NCBI GenBank assembly: GCA_030668875.1
Contig: DAOVER010000040.1
Location: forward strand, 1-26,112
Origin: Candidatus Heimdallarchaeota archaeon
GTDB lineage: Archaea; Asgardarchaeota; Heimdallarchaeia; Heimdallarchaeales; Heimdallarchaeaceae
Direction: 5' to 3'
DNA length: 26,112 bases
Of the stretch, positions 1 through 7,950 are shown piece after piece (within the stretch, counting starts at the first letter, position 1; every line of letters starts with the position of its first letter). The notes under the pieces are model-generated. The model ran no database searches. It was not told where the DNA came from and was given only the letters and a program-made list of their open reading frames with translations. Both the position numbers and the translations under genes were made by a program.

Positions 1-332
1 CATGTACATCACTTCTTAAATACTCTTCAAATAACTGGTTTAAAAATCTGTTTAAGAAATTCTATCTGTTTTTTTTAATCCTTTGATTTAAGCTGGAAAA
101 ACGAATTTAGGTTTATTCTCTATAAGAGATTTTTCAGTTTCTCCATCAGGTAAAAACTCTTTGAGGATCAATTTAACCAATGAAAAAGCTTGTTTTCCAA
201 ATGATAATGTAAAGCATCTAGAAAAAATGCGAAATGTTTCTCTTTGTCAAGATGAAACCCTAATGGTGTGAAAAAGGGGTCTTCTTTATTCAGTGTCTCT
301 TTTATAAAATTATTTGCATATCTAAAAATTTC

Positions 333-1335
333 TGTTAACTCAACAGACATGGGTTACACTTGAGGGCATATGGAGAGTCAAGGGCACATTCATAAGTCTT
401 TCACCAGGAGTTTGAAGGGTTATTCCTTGATGAGGGCGGGAGAAGTTGTAATAATCACGATAGCGACGGAGGTCAGCGTTACAGTAAGTTAAGCCTAGCC
501 TCTTCATCTCCCTGATGATTGTACCATGGAGACGTTCGACTTTACCACAAGTTTCGGGATGATAAATTCTTGCTCGGATATGGTCGATAATACCTGTTTG
601 ACACCAACGGGTGAAGGAACTTGTCCCCCCTCTTCGTGGGTGGAAGATGGCACCATTATCCGTTAAGATCTGACGGGGAGTGCCATAGGTTTGCATAGCC
701 TGACCTAAGAGCTGGAGGATGTCCCAAGTCTTAACAGGGCGGGGAAAGAACTTTGCTGCTACACAGAACCTTGAGTGGTCATCAATAACACTCACAAGGT
801 GAAGGTGTTGTCCTTGCTCTTCTACCCAGAAAGGTCCCTTGATATCAATCTGCCAGAGGTCGTTAGGTTCTTCTCGTTCAAACCTTTTCACTCTCTTGTA
901 AGCTTTCTTTGTCGTTCTCCAGGTTTCCTCCCCCTCTTGTTGGAGCGTCTTCCAGACAGTCGTGTGAGAAAGGTCTATCCCTTCGAGGGTTAATACATAG
1001 GCTATCTTAATTATATTGTAGGCATTTGCTCTCCTGAGTTCAAGAATACGCTCTTTCTTCTCTTCTGTCACTTTCCTCTTGATCGTCTTGGGTCGTGAGG
1101 ATCTTTCCTTGTACCATTCCCCTTCAGGGTTCTCTGCATACCTTTTCATCCACTTATAGATGAACTTCCTGCTGACCATAAACGCTCTAGCTAGGTGGGT
1201 AATGTTTTCGCCTTTCAAAGCCTTTTTAACTACAATTTTTCTCAGTTTTACCAGGTTACGGTTGGGATTCATATGTATCACATACCCTCCGTAACCCATT
1301 CTTTTAAACTGTTACCAAGGTGGGTTTAGTTAACA
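333..1335 (-). mobile_element. IS481-family insertion sequence, 1003 bp
   Basis: Ends 5'-TGT...ACA-3'. Left IR 333-358 TGTTAACTCAACAGACATGGGTTACA vs reverse complement of right IR 1310-1335 TGTTAACTAAACCCACCTTGGTAACA (20/26 identical). A single transposase ORF fills the element. Visibly more GC-rich than the flanks. No target-site duplication found. Confidence 0.9.
340..1299 (-). CDS. IS481-family DDE transposase (HTH + rve integrase core)
   Basis: N-terminal HTH (LARAFMVSRKFIYKWMKRY), LWQIDIKG (D1), VIDDHSRF, ILTDNGAIF (D2), PETCGKVERLHGTI (E), YNFSRPHQG. The stop codon lies inside the left IR. Confidence 0.93.
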   Translation of the reverse strand: MGYGGYVIHMNPNRNLVKLRKIVVKKALKGENITHLARAFMVSRKFIYKWMKRYAENPEGEWYKERSSRPKTIKRKVTEEKKERILELRRANAYNIIKIAYVLTLEGIDLSHTTVWKTLQQEGEETWRTTKKAYKRVKRFEREEPNDLWQIDIKGPFWVEEQGQHLHLVSVIDDHSRFCVAAKFFPRPVKTWDILQLLGQAMQTYGTPRQILTDNGAIFHPRRGGTSSFTRWCQTGIIDHIRARIYHPETCGKVERLHGTIIREMKRLGLTYCNADLRRYRDYYNFSRPHQGITLQTPGERLMNVPLTLHMPSSVTHVC

Positions 1336-1379
1336 AGAATACTAGAGGTAGAAAAAAGGGAATTAAGAATACTGTATCC

Positions 1380-2588
1380 TTAATTCTTTTGTTTATGCTC
1401 TTCCAGGAGTTTAATGAATTCAGGAATGATCTCATGCATATTCCCAACTATTCCAAAGTCTGCTACTTTGAAAATTGGTGCTTCAACATCGTTATTTACC
1501 GCTATAATGGTATTGGAGGAAGTCATTCCAACAAGATGTTGAATTGCTCCTGAAATCCCAAATGCTATGTATAGTGTTGGGGCAACAGTTTTTCCTGATT
1601 GACCTACTTGCTGAGGATGTGGTAACCAACCCATATCGACAAGAGCTCTTGAGCCAGAAACAGTTCCATCTAATACCTTGGCAAGATTTTCAACAACTTT
1701 GAAATTCTCTTTGTTTCCAATTCCACGACCTACTGAAACAAGAATTTGCGCTTCTTCGATGTTGATACCTTCATCATGGGATGTGATTTCCTCAATAATT
1801 TTAGTCCTTATACTAAATGGTTTGAGATTTACATCAATTCTTACTATTTCTCCAGTTTTATTCTCATCTGGATCTGGTTTTGGAAAGACATTTGGTCTTA
1901 CTGAAGACATTTGTGGTCTTGTATAAGGTGACAGAATAGATGCCATAATATTACCTCCAAAAGCTGGACGAGTTTGAAGTAACTGTCTGTTTTCATTGAT
2001 GTCTAAACCTGTACAATCAGCTGTTAAACCTAATGCTAGTCTTGCTGCAATTCTTGGAGCTAAATCACGACCATTAGGGGTTGCTCCGTATAGGACCACA
2101 GAAGGTTTCTCTGCTGCAATGACAGATGAAATAACTGTTGCATACCCATCAGTAGAATACTCTTCTAGCAGCTCATGTTCGCAAAGATAAACAATATCTG
2201 CTCCATGGTGGATAAGAATTGGTACTAGATGCTCAACCTCTTTACCAAGTAGAAGAATTGCGAGTGATTCACCTAGTTTATTAGCTAGTTCTCTACCCTT
2301 ACCTAGTAATTCTAAAGCAACATTTTTGATTACAATTTTTCCATCTTTTTTCTCCCATTCTCCCCAGACAAAAACTTTGTTGAATTTAGCTAACTCTTCT
2401 TCAGAAATTGCTTTTCTTTCAATACTCAATGCTTCGAAATTACACGCACTTACACATGCTCCACAAAGAGTACAATTATCAAGAACTTTAGCTTTCTTTG
2501 TTTCTGGAACAACTATGATTGCGCCAAAAGGACAAACTCTCTCACACGCTTTACAACCTGTACATGCTTCTATATTTACTTCCAACAT
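1380..2588 (-). CDS. etfA: Electron transfer flavoprotein alpha subunit with N-terminal 2x[4Fe-4S] ferredoxin domain
   Basis: CTGCKACERVCP and CTLCGACVSAC motifs, LTADCTGL, QTRPAFGGNIMA, VSVGRG, QVGQSGKTVAP, GISGAIQHLVGM. Start placed at ATG 2588 after an AGGGTGAG SD-like sequence (ORF track uses GTG 2597). Confidence 0.95.
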   Translation of the reverse strand: MLEVNIEACTGCKACERVCPFGAIIVVPETKKAKVLDNCTLCGACVSACNFEALSIERKAISEEELAKFNKVFVWGEWEKKDGKIVIKNVALELLGKGRELANKLGESLAILLLGKEVEHLVPILIHHGADIVYLCEHELLEEYSTDGYATVISSVIAAEKPSVVLYGATPNGRDLAPRIAARLALGLTADCTGLDINENRQLLQTRPAFGGNIMASILSPYTRPQMSSVRPNVFPKPDPDENKTGEIVRIDVNLKPFSIRTKIIEEITSHDEGINIEEAQILVSVGRGIGNKENFKVVENLAKVLDGTVSGSRALVDMGWLPHPQQVGQSGKTVAPTLYIAFGISGAIQHLVGMTSSNTIIAVNNDVEAPIFKVADFGIVGNMHEIIPEFIKLLEEHKQKN

Positions 2589-2593
2589 ATTTC

Positions 2594-3397
2594 TCACCCT
2601 TTAATAAAATTATTTTCTACTAAATAGTTTAGAAGTTTCTGTGCAGCAATTTTAGGGTCGCTCCCATCGACTATTTCTCCCCCGGTTTTAGCTGGTGGCG
2701 CAAATATTTTATCTACTTGAGTGGGAGAAGCTTGTAATCCTATTTTATTTTCATCAATGTTCATATCCGTTGCGGTAAGAGTTTCAATGGGTTTGTTTCT
2801 CGAATCTAATACCTGTTGCATAGATGGTATTCTTCGAATATTAGATCCTTTACTCATCGTTACTAATGCAGGCATTCTTGTTGAAAGAATTTGGTAACCA
2901 GTTTCTGTCTCTCGTTTGACTTCTACTCTTTTTCCATTGACTTTCACATCTACTCCGTAAGTTATTTGTGGAATACCTAACTGTTCAGCTGTTTCTGCTG
3001 GAACTTGTGCTGTATCCCCATCAATGGCTTGTTTTCCTGCAAGTATCAAATCAAAATTAGGTTCTATATGCACTATGCCTTCTTTGAGAGCAGTGGATGT
3101 AACCCAAACATCAGAACCAGCAAATTTTCTATCAGATAGAAGATAGCCTTTATCAGCTCCTAGTCCTAGACATCTGTATAAAACAGCTTTAGCTTGAGGA
3201 GGGCCCATTGTAATTGCAGTAATTTCAATGTTCAATTCGGGAAGCTCTTGTTTTAATTTTACAGCTTGATCCAAAGCATATTCGCAGTAAGGATTAAGAA
3301 TAGAATCTACACCTTCTCGGATTAGTGTTCCTGTTTCGGGATCAACTGCTACTTTGTCCGCTTCAGGAACTTGTTTAACAAGAATTACGATTTTCAT
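2594..3397 (-). CDS. etfB: Electron transfer flavoprotein beta subunit
   Basis: MKIVILVKQVP, ILNPYCEYAL, TMGPPQA, SDRKFAGSD, GKQAIDGDTAQVP, SPTQV. ATG 3397 overlaps the upstream stop (ATGA); an alternative ATG is at 3403. Confidence 0.95.
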   Translation of the reverse strand: MKIVILVKQVPEADKVAVDPETGTLIREGVDSILNPYCEYALDQAVKLKQELPELNIEITAITMGPPQAKAVLYRCLGLGADKGYLLSDRKFAGSDVWVTSTALKEGIVHIEPNFDLILAGKQAIDGDTAQVPAETAEQLGIPQITYGVDVKVNGKRVEVKRETETGYQILSTRMPALVTMSKGSNIRRIPSMQQVLDSRNKPIETLTATDMNIDENKIGLQASPTQVDKIFAPPAKTGGEIVDGSDPKIAAQKLLNYLVENNFIKG

Positions 3398-5031
3398 ATA
3401 CATCTACTCCTTGGGAATATATTACCACAATTAACTAAACAATGTGGATCGAATTTACACTTGATTGCCTTCATTTGTTCAATTCCTTCTTCTCCAAACA
3501 TAATCTCTAGATATTCATGTTTTATCTTTCCTATCCCATGTTCTGCTGAAACAGAACCACCAAAAGAAACCGCTTTTCTAGCAAATATCATATAAAGTTC
3601 TTTACCTTTTTTCAGTTCTTCCAAATTCCTTGGAAGAATATTAACGTGAACATGATTGTCACCTATGTGGCCCCAGACAACGTACTCAAGCCCTTCTTCC
3701 TTAAGAGATTCATGATAGAACTTCATTATTTCTTTTAGATATTTGTCTTCTACTGACATGTCAGTACCGAGTTTGTGAATTGAGGGATATTGTTTCTTTC
3801 TTTCAGCTATAATATTATTAACCATTTCAGGAACTGCGTGTCTAAAATGCTTTATGCGCTCTAATTCCCTGTCTTCATATACGCACCATGTATCTTCAAG
3901 CGAAGAATTGCACCTCTGGAGAATCACGCTTATTTGAGTAAATACTTTCTCTATGTCTTCTTCAGAATACGCCAAATCAAAAGATATGGCGGTTTTGACA
4001 TTTTCTCCAATGTTTGGCATATTCACAAATTTTGGATCTATTTTCTGTTTATCTCTCACCAAATTTAATGCGTGATTATCAAAATATTCTATGAACTCGG
4101 GCGAAAGATTCTCATCATCTCGAAGAAGTTTTACAAAATCGATAGCATCTTCTTCATTTCTGAAGAAACCTACACATGACATTTGAGCATTGTATTCCTT
4201 GATCCAGATATCTGCTTCTGTGATGATACCAAAAATACCTTCAGATCCAATGAATAAATCAATTAAGTCCATGTTTGGCTCAGTAAATAAACCCGCAGCA
4301 TTTTTTACCTTTGGCATGTGATAATATGGTGCTTTAATGATTAATTCCTTTCCAGCTGTTTTCACAACGAAGATGCCATCTTCAGCCTTATATTCACCTC
4401 GAGTAATGTTTAAAACCTCACAAGTTCCAAGAACAACACGGATACGGCGAACCCAATCTCTTGTAGAACCATATTTGAAAGATCTGGCACCTGATGCATT
4501 GGCACATATTGTACCGCCTAATGAGGCGGTCATTTCTGTAGGATCCATTGGATAATACATTGTACACTCTTCTATGAATTTTTCAACCCAATTACTTTCA
4601 GGTGGGATACTTTGACTTGGGTCACATTTTTTGAATTTTACATATTCATTTATCTCATTAAGAGAAATACTTGGTTGGCAACGCAAAAACCAGCGCTCTG
4701 CATCTTCATCAAAACCAATACCAATGACCTCATTCATCCTTTCTAAGGACATCACGGCTCCACCGAAAGGGACAGCAGAACCTACTATCCCAGTTCGAGC
4801 GGCAGAAATTGTGATCATATTACTTTCTTCTTTCATCTTGTTAATGATGGAAACAATTTCATTTTCTGTCGTTGGGAAAAACAGCCATTCTGCGTTACCC
4901 CCACTGATTTTAGATTCATCAACTAAATAACTGGGATAAGACTCTGAAATAATCATCTCTCCCTTAATTGACTTAATATCATCAAATGGGGCAGAATCTA
5001 TTTTTTCTGCAACAATAATATTTGTGGGCAT
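3394..5031 (-). CDS. FAD-linked oxidoreductase, GlcD / D-lactate (2-hydroxyacid) dehydrogenase family
   Basis: FAD-binding PCMH motifs (RTGIVGSAVP, YPMDPTEMTASLGGTICANASG, DLFIGSEGIFGIITE). C-terminal metal-binding GHIGDNHVHVN and SAEHGIG. AGGAG SD. First gene of the etf operon. Confidence 0.9.
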   Translation of the reverse strand: MPTNIIVAEKIDSAPFDDIKSIKGEMIISESYPSYLVDESKISGGNAEWLFFPTTENEIVSIINKMKEESNMITISAARTGIVGSAVPFGGAVMSLERMNEVIGIGFDEDAERWFLRCQPSISLNEINEYVKFKKCDPSQSIPPESNWVEKFIEECTMYYPMDPTEMTASLGGTICANASGARSFKYGSTRDWVRRIRVVLGTCEVLNITRGEYKAEDGIFVVKTAGKELIIKAPYYHMPKVKNAAGLFTEPNMDLIDLFIGSEGIFGIITEADIWIKEYNAQMSCVGFFRNEEDAIDFVKLLRDDENLSPEFIEYFDNHALNLVRDKQKIDPKFVNMPNIGENVKTAISFDLAYSEEDIEKVFTQISVILQRCNSSLEDTWCVYEDRELERIKHFRHAVPEMVNNIIAERKKQYPSIHKLGTDMSVEDKYLKEIMKFYHESLKEEGLEYVVWGHIGDNHVHVNILPRNLEELKKGKELYMIFARKAVSFGGSVSAEHGIGKIKHEYLEIMFGEEGIEQMKAIKCKFDPHCLVNCGNIFPRSRCI

Positions 5032-5082
5032 TTTGATGCTCCTATAATAATTGTAATTTCTACATTGTGTGATGAAGGTTTT

Positions 5083-5093
5083 CTATATAAAAG
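5083..5093 (-). promoter_or_regulatory. TATA box for the dehydrogenase-etfB-etfA operon
   Basis: Minus strand reads CTTTTATATAG, about 50 nt upstream of ATG 5031. Confidence 0.55.
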
Positions 5094-5211
5094 ATTAACT
5101 ACATAGTCGTTTGGAGGGATAAGAGCTTAGAAAAGTCTACTAGACTCATAGTTCAACAGATAAATTAATATGTTTTACTATGTCATAACCAGACAGTTAA
5201 GTGGTAGTAGT

Positions 5212-5628
5212 ATGCCAGATATAACAAACACGGAAAAAACAAGAATTCGTTCAACTGCAATAAGATTAGTGCATAAAATATGGGCATCCCCTTTCAGTGA
5301 AGGCGTCTTGATATATTCAGATCTTTCTGAAGATCTCTATATGAAATCTGCTAGATGGCGTATCTGTCTACGATGTGGTACAATAGATCAGAAAGAAAAA
5401 ATGATCGATGGAAAACATTCCTGTGATTTCAATACCAATAATTTTCCTGTGTTAGTTGCAACATCATGGTACAAATTAAAAGAATACTTTCTAGAGCATG
5501 GTTTTGTGAAACTCGTTGAAAAATATAATCTAAAACTCAAGCCACCAATTATGATCACGAAACAAGTTCCAGTAGAAGTTGAACAAGCGATAATTACAGA
5601 AGAAAAAGCAGTTACTAAAAGCAACTAA
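5212..5628 (+). CDS. Hypothetical small zinc-binding protein, paralog 1 (C-x2-C-x13-H-x-C)
   Basis: MPDI start at 5212 chosen by alignment with paralogs. SARWRICLRCG...HSC...FPVLVATSWYKLKEYF. Confidence 0.85.
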   Translation: MPDITNTEKTRIRSTAIRLVHKIWASPFSEGVLIYSDLSEDLYMKSARWRICLRCGTIDQKEKMIDGKHSCDFNTNNFPVLVATSWYKLKEYFLEHGFVKLVEKYNLKLKPPIMITKQVPVEVEQAIITEEKAVTKSN

Positions 5629-5776
5629 TTTCTATTTTAACTTTGAACCAATTTTACTCTGTTTTTTGATACATATAGACTTTTTTCTCACAAATCTTAT
5701 ATGCTATGTCATCTAAGGATATACATAGTCGTGTATACCATGCTTAACCTAAAGGGGTTTGAAAGGAGTTGAGATC

Positions 5777-6121
5777 TTGCCAGATATTCCTAATAAAGAA
5801 AAGCATTTGATTGAACTTATTGCTGATAGGTATAGTAAAATTCTTTCTCGTCTCAAATTTAGCAATGGATCTTTAGTTTATCAAAGAACCTATGAACAAC
5901 TATACATAAAATCTTCTCGCTGGAAATTCTGTCTGCTATGCGGAAAAATTGCTACTCCAACTGATTTTACCCGAGATATGCACAGCTGTCCCCCTCTTTT
6001 GTTTCAAAAGCACCCTATTTGCTGTTCAACCTCTTGGATAAAATTGCGTGATTTTTTCCTTTCGAACAAATATCTAGAGACTCTTTCTAAAGTTGGAGTA
6101 GAAGTTATTGATGAAAGTTAA
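5777..6121 (+). CDS. Hypothetical small zinc-binding protein, paralog 2
   Basis: TTG 5777 lies 8 nt after AAAGGAG and gives (M)PDI like the paralogs. SSRWKFCLLCG...HSC...STSWIKLRDFF. Confidence 0.85.
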   Translation: MPDIPNKEKHLIELIADRYSKILSRLKFSNGSLVYQRTYEQLYIKSSRWKFCLLCGKIATPTDFTRDMHSCPPLLFQKHPICCSTSWIKLRDFFLSNKYLETLSKVGVEVIDES

Positions 6122-6170
6122 TCATTACATTCTACGAGAATATAAAAAGAAAGAGAATTACCTTAGTATT

Positions 6171-6662
6171 TTATTCTACAATCTGTTCAATTTCAGAAAC
6201 ATCTTCGCTGATTAGTTCTTCTTCTGTGGGTACTATTTCCTCTCTTACAAGCCTGCGCTCCTTAGTTCTTCTAGAAACTCTTCTTTCAACACCAAACTTT
6301 TGTAGAATGTCAACATACTCTCCAGCCTGAAAGAAATCTCTTAACTTTAACCAGCTTGTTGTAACTAGATATGGAAAAGCAAGCTTATCAAAACTTTTTG
6401 TGCATTGATGAGTCTCTTTTGAGAGCTTACTTGTAGAATTGATCTCACCACATTTCAAACAAATTCTAATTCTTGCTTTACCATCATATAATTTTTCAAT
6501 AGTTTCTTGATAAACTTGCAACCCTTCCCCCAAAGGTGCATACAGGAGATCTGTAACAAATTTTTCAGATAAATCTTTTATTATGTTTTTTTCTTTATTT
6601 GTAATTTGATCTGTTGGTCCTCTGTGACCAAAATCTTCTTTGTCACTACTTGATTTATTCAT
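6171..6662 (-). CDS. Hypothetical small zinc-binding protein, paralog 3, with N- and C-terminal charged extensions
   Basis: KARIRICLKCG...HQC...FPYLVTTSWLKLRDFF. Convergent with paralog 2. Confidence 0.85.
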   Translation of the reverse strand: MNKSSSDKEDFGHRGPTDQITNKEKNIIKDLSEKFVTDLLYAPLGEGLQVYQETIEKLYDGKARIRICLKCGEINSTSKLSKETHQCTKSFDKLAFPYLVTTSWLKLRDFFQAGEYVDILQKFGVERRVSRRTKERRLVREEIVPTEEELISEDVSEIEQIVE

Positions 6663-6665
6663 CTA

Positions 6666-6866
6666 TTAATATACCTCTATATTGTATATCTCCTTCCTAC
6701 ATATATAAACATATTCCCATTGGCATTTTTGGCATACTGCCCCATGTTTACCCTCATAATATCTCTGATATGTCGGAAATATAGGCAATTTCTGCCTATT
6801 CTTGTTTTTTGTTAAATATTTGTTTAGCGGCTCACCTATTCCATTGTAGCGATATGATGTCCTCAT
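6666..6866 (-). CDS. Possible 66-aa ORF with H-x3-C-x2-C-x6-C
   Basis: ATG 6866 within ORF-track 6666..6920. Ends TAA-TAG-ATG in frame with paralog 3. No SD, and it overlaps a hairpin and a TATA-like sequence. Confidence 0.2.
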   Translation of the reverse strand: MRTSYRYNGIGEPLNKYLTKNKNRQKLPIFPTYQRYYEGKHGAVCQKCQWEYVYICRKEIYNIEVY

Positions 6867-6947
6867 TTCATTCAAACATGCTGTGCCAAATAAGTCGGAA
6901 TTATACCGACATTTCCACAATGCTTATATATGGTGTCGGAATAAGTC
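6771..6947. promoter_or_regulatory. Promoter of the small-ORF cassette with repeated GTCGG operator-like sites
   Basis: GTCGGAA at 6772, 6894 and 6935; inverted CCGAC at 6906; TATA-like TTATATA at 6924-6930; AATAAGTC at 6889 and 6940. Confidence 0.5.
6781..6810 (+). terminator. Hairpin followed by T-tract
   Basis: ATAGGCA (6781-6787), atttc, TGCCTAT (6793-6799), then tcttgtttttt. Confidence 0.4.
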
Positions 6948-6981
6948 CTACATAGAGACAAAAACTGGTGAAAAAAAAGTG

Positions 6982-7170
6982 ATGCAAAACGAAATAAAAA
7001 AACTGCTTGACCGCGAGTTTCGAAGTATCTACAAAGATTTGGATGCGATAACCTTGACCCTTACATTGAGATTATCAAGCTACAAAGAATATAACGATCC
7101 CTTCCTGCTTCCTTCTTCTTCAATTGGTTTTTTGGAATCTAACCTGCGAAGGTCAAACAAACAAAGGTGA
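6982..7170 (+). CDS. Small hypothetical protein (62 aa), cassette ORF1
   Basis: GGTGA SD at 6967-6971, then GTG 6979 / ATG 6982. MQNEIKKLLDREFRSIYKDL... Confidence 0.6.
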   Translation: MQNEIKKLLDREFRSIYKDLDAITLTLTLRLSSYKEYNDPFLLPSSSIGFLESNLRRSNKQR

Positions 7171-7175
7171 AATGA

Positions 7176-7322
7176 ATGAAAAATTACGAACTGGATAAAT
7201 ATTTGGATCAACAAATATCGGCACTCGAACACGAGTTGAAAAGGCTAAAAAGAGCCCGACGTGCTAGACGAGCAAAAGCTCAATCTAGCTTCAGATTTGG
7301 GGGAAATCCCGCTTTAGGGTAA
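7176..7322 (+). CDS. Small basic coiled-coil-like protein (48 aa), cassette ORF2, absent from the ORF track
   Basis: AGGTGA at 7165-7170, ATG 7176. My translation: MKNYELDKYLDQQISALEHELKRLKRARRARRAKAQSSFRFGGNPALG*. Confidence 0.7.
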   Translation: MKNYELDKYLDQQISALEHELKRLKRARRARRAKAQSSFRFGGNPALG

Positions 7323-7336
7323 CCCCCCTTTTTTTT
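7299..7336 (+). terminator. GC-rich hairpin + T8 intrinsic-terminator-like element inside the cassette
   Basis: GGGGG 7299-7303 pairs with CCCCC 7323-7327; inner CCC 7308-7310 pairs with GGG 7317-7319; T8 at 7329-7336. Confidence 0.6.
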
Positions 7337-7349
7337 AAGGTGAAAACAA

Positions 7350-7607
7350 ATGGCAACAAAAATTCAAACAAAAACCGAGTTCATCACAATCTTCAACAAT
7401 TTGAAAACTCTTTACAATTTCGAATTTATAGATGAAGAAACTTTCAACTTATTCCTGAAACAAATTGCAGAACATCTTCTAGCAACTAATATTGAAGGAT
7501 TGTATGATGAACAAGAAATCAAGACACAAGACATTAGTAAAGAAGTAAGAAAAGCCAAAGATCATGCTTTGAAGGACAAGCTAATGTATTTTGGTTCCTT
7601 CAATTAA
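7350..7607 (+). CDS. Small hypothetical protein (85 aa), cassette ORF3, SHOCT-like N-terminal motif
   Basis: AAGGTGA SD at 7337-7343, ATG 7350. NLKTLYNFEFIDEETF resembles the SHOCT pattern. Confidence 0.7.
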   Translation: MATKIQTKTEFITIFNNLKTLYNFEFIDEETFNLFLKQIAEHLLATNIEGLYDEQEIKTQDISKEVRKAKDHALKDKLMYFGSFN

Positions 7608-7629
7608 ACTTACAGAGGTGGACAAAGAG

Positions 7630-7950
7630 ATGATGTTACCTTCTTCTTCCTTTTTACCAAACTCTAGCGGTTTCATATGTTCAAGTCAATCACTCATCTT
7701 ACTCAAAGATTATGTTGATAATGTATTGTTGAAACACCTACCCACACCTATATATCTGTCCATCAGGGATCAGAACGGTTTGGAAAAAAAACTGCTCTTA
7801 ATAATTCTCCCTCTGATCAGTAATAATCCTGATCGTTCTGATTCCGCTATATTTTCCTTGCTTCTTATCATGCAGCAAGTTCTAGAGAAATCTTCTCTTG
7901 CCCCAATTAATAATATTGACAAAAACTTTACAGAGGTGATAAAAAAATGA
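7630..7950 (+). CDS. Hypothetical protein (106 aa), cassette ORF4
   Basis: GAGGTG SD at 7615-7620, ATG 7630 (ORF track starts at TTG 7591). Leu/Ile-rich. Confidence 0.65.
   Translation: MMLPSSSFLPNSSGFICSSQSLILLKDYVDNVLLKHLPTPIYLSIRDQNGLEKKLLLIILPLISNNPDRSDSAIFSLLLIMQQVLEKSSLAPINNIDKNFTEVIKK

Noticed and set aside
6883-6978. Longer GTG-6883 start for cassette ORF1
   Set aside because: It would run through the TATA box and operator-like repeats; the SD supports 6979/6982.
7103-7650. LPSSS peptide (ccttcttctt) in both cassette ORF1 and ORF4
   Set aside because: Low-complexity pyrimidine run with no flanking homology.
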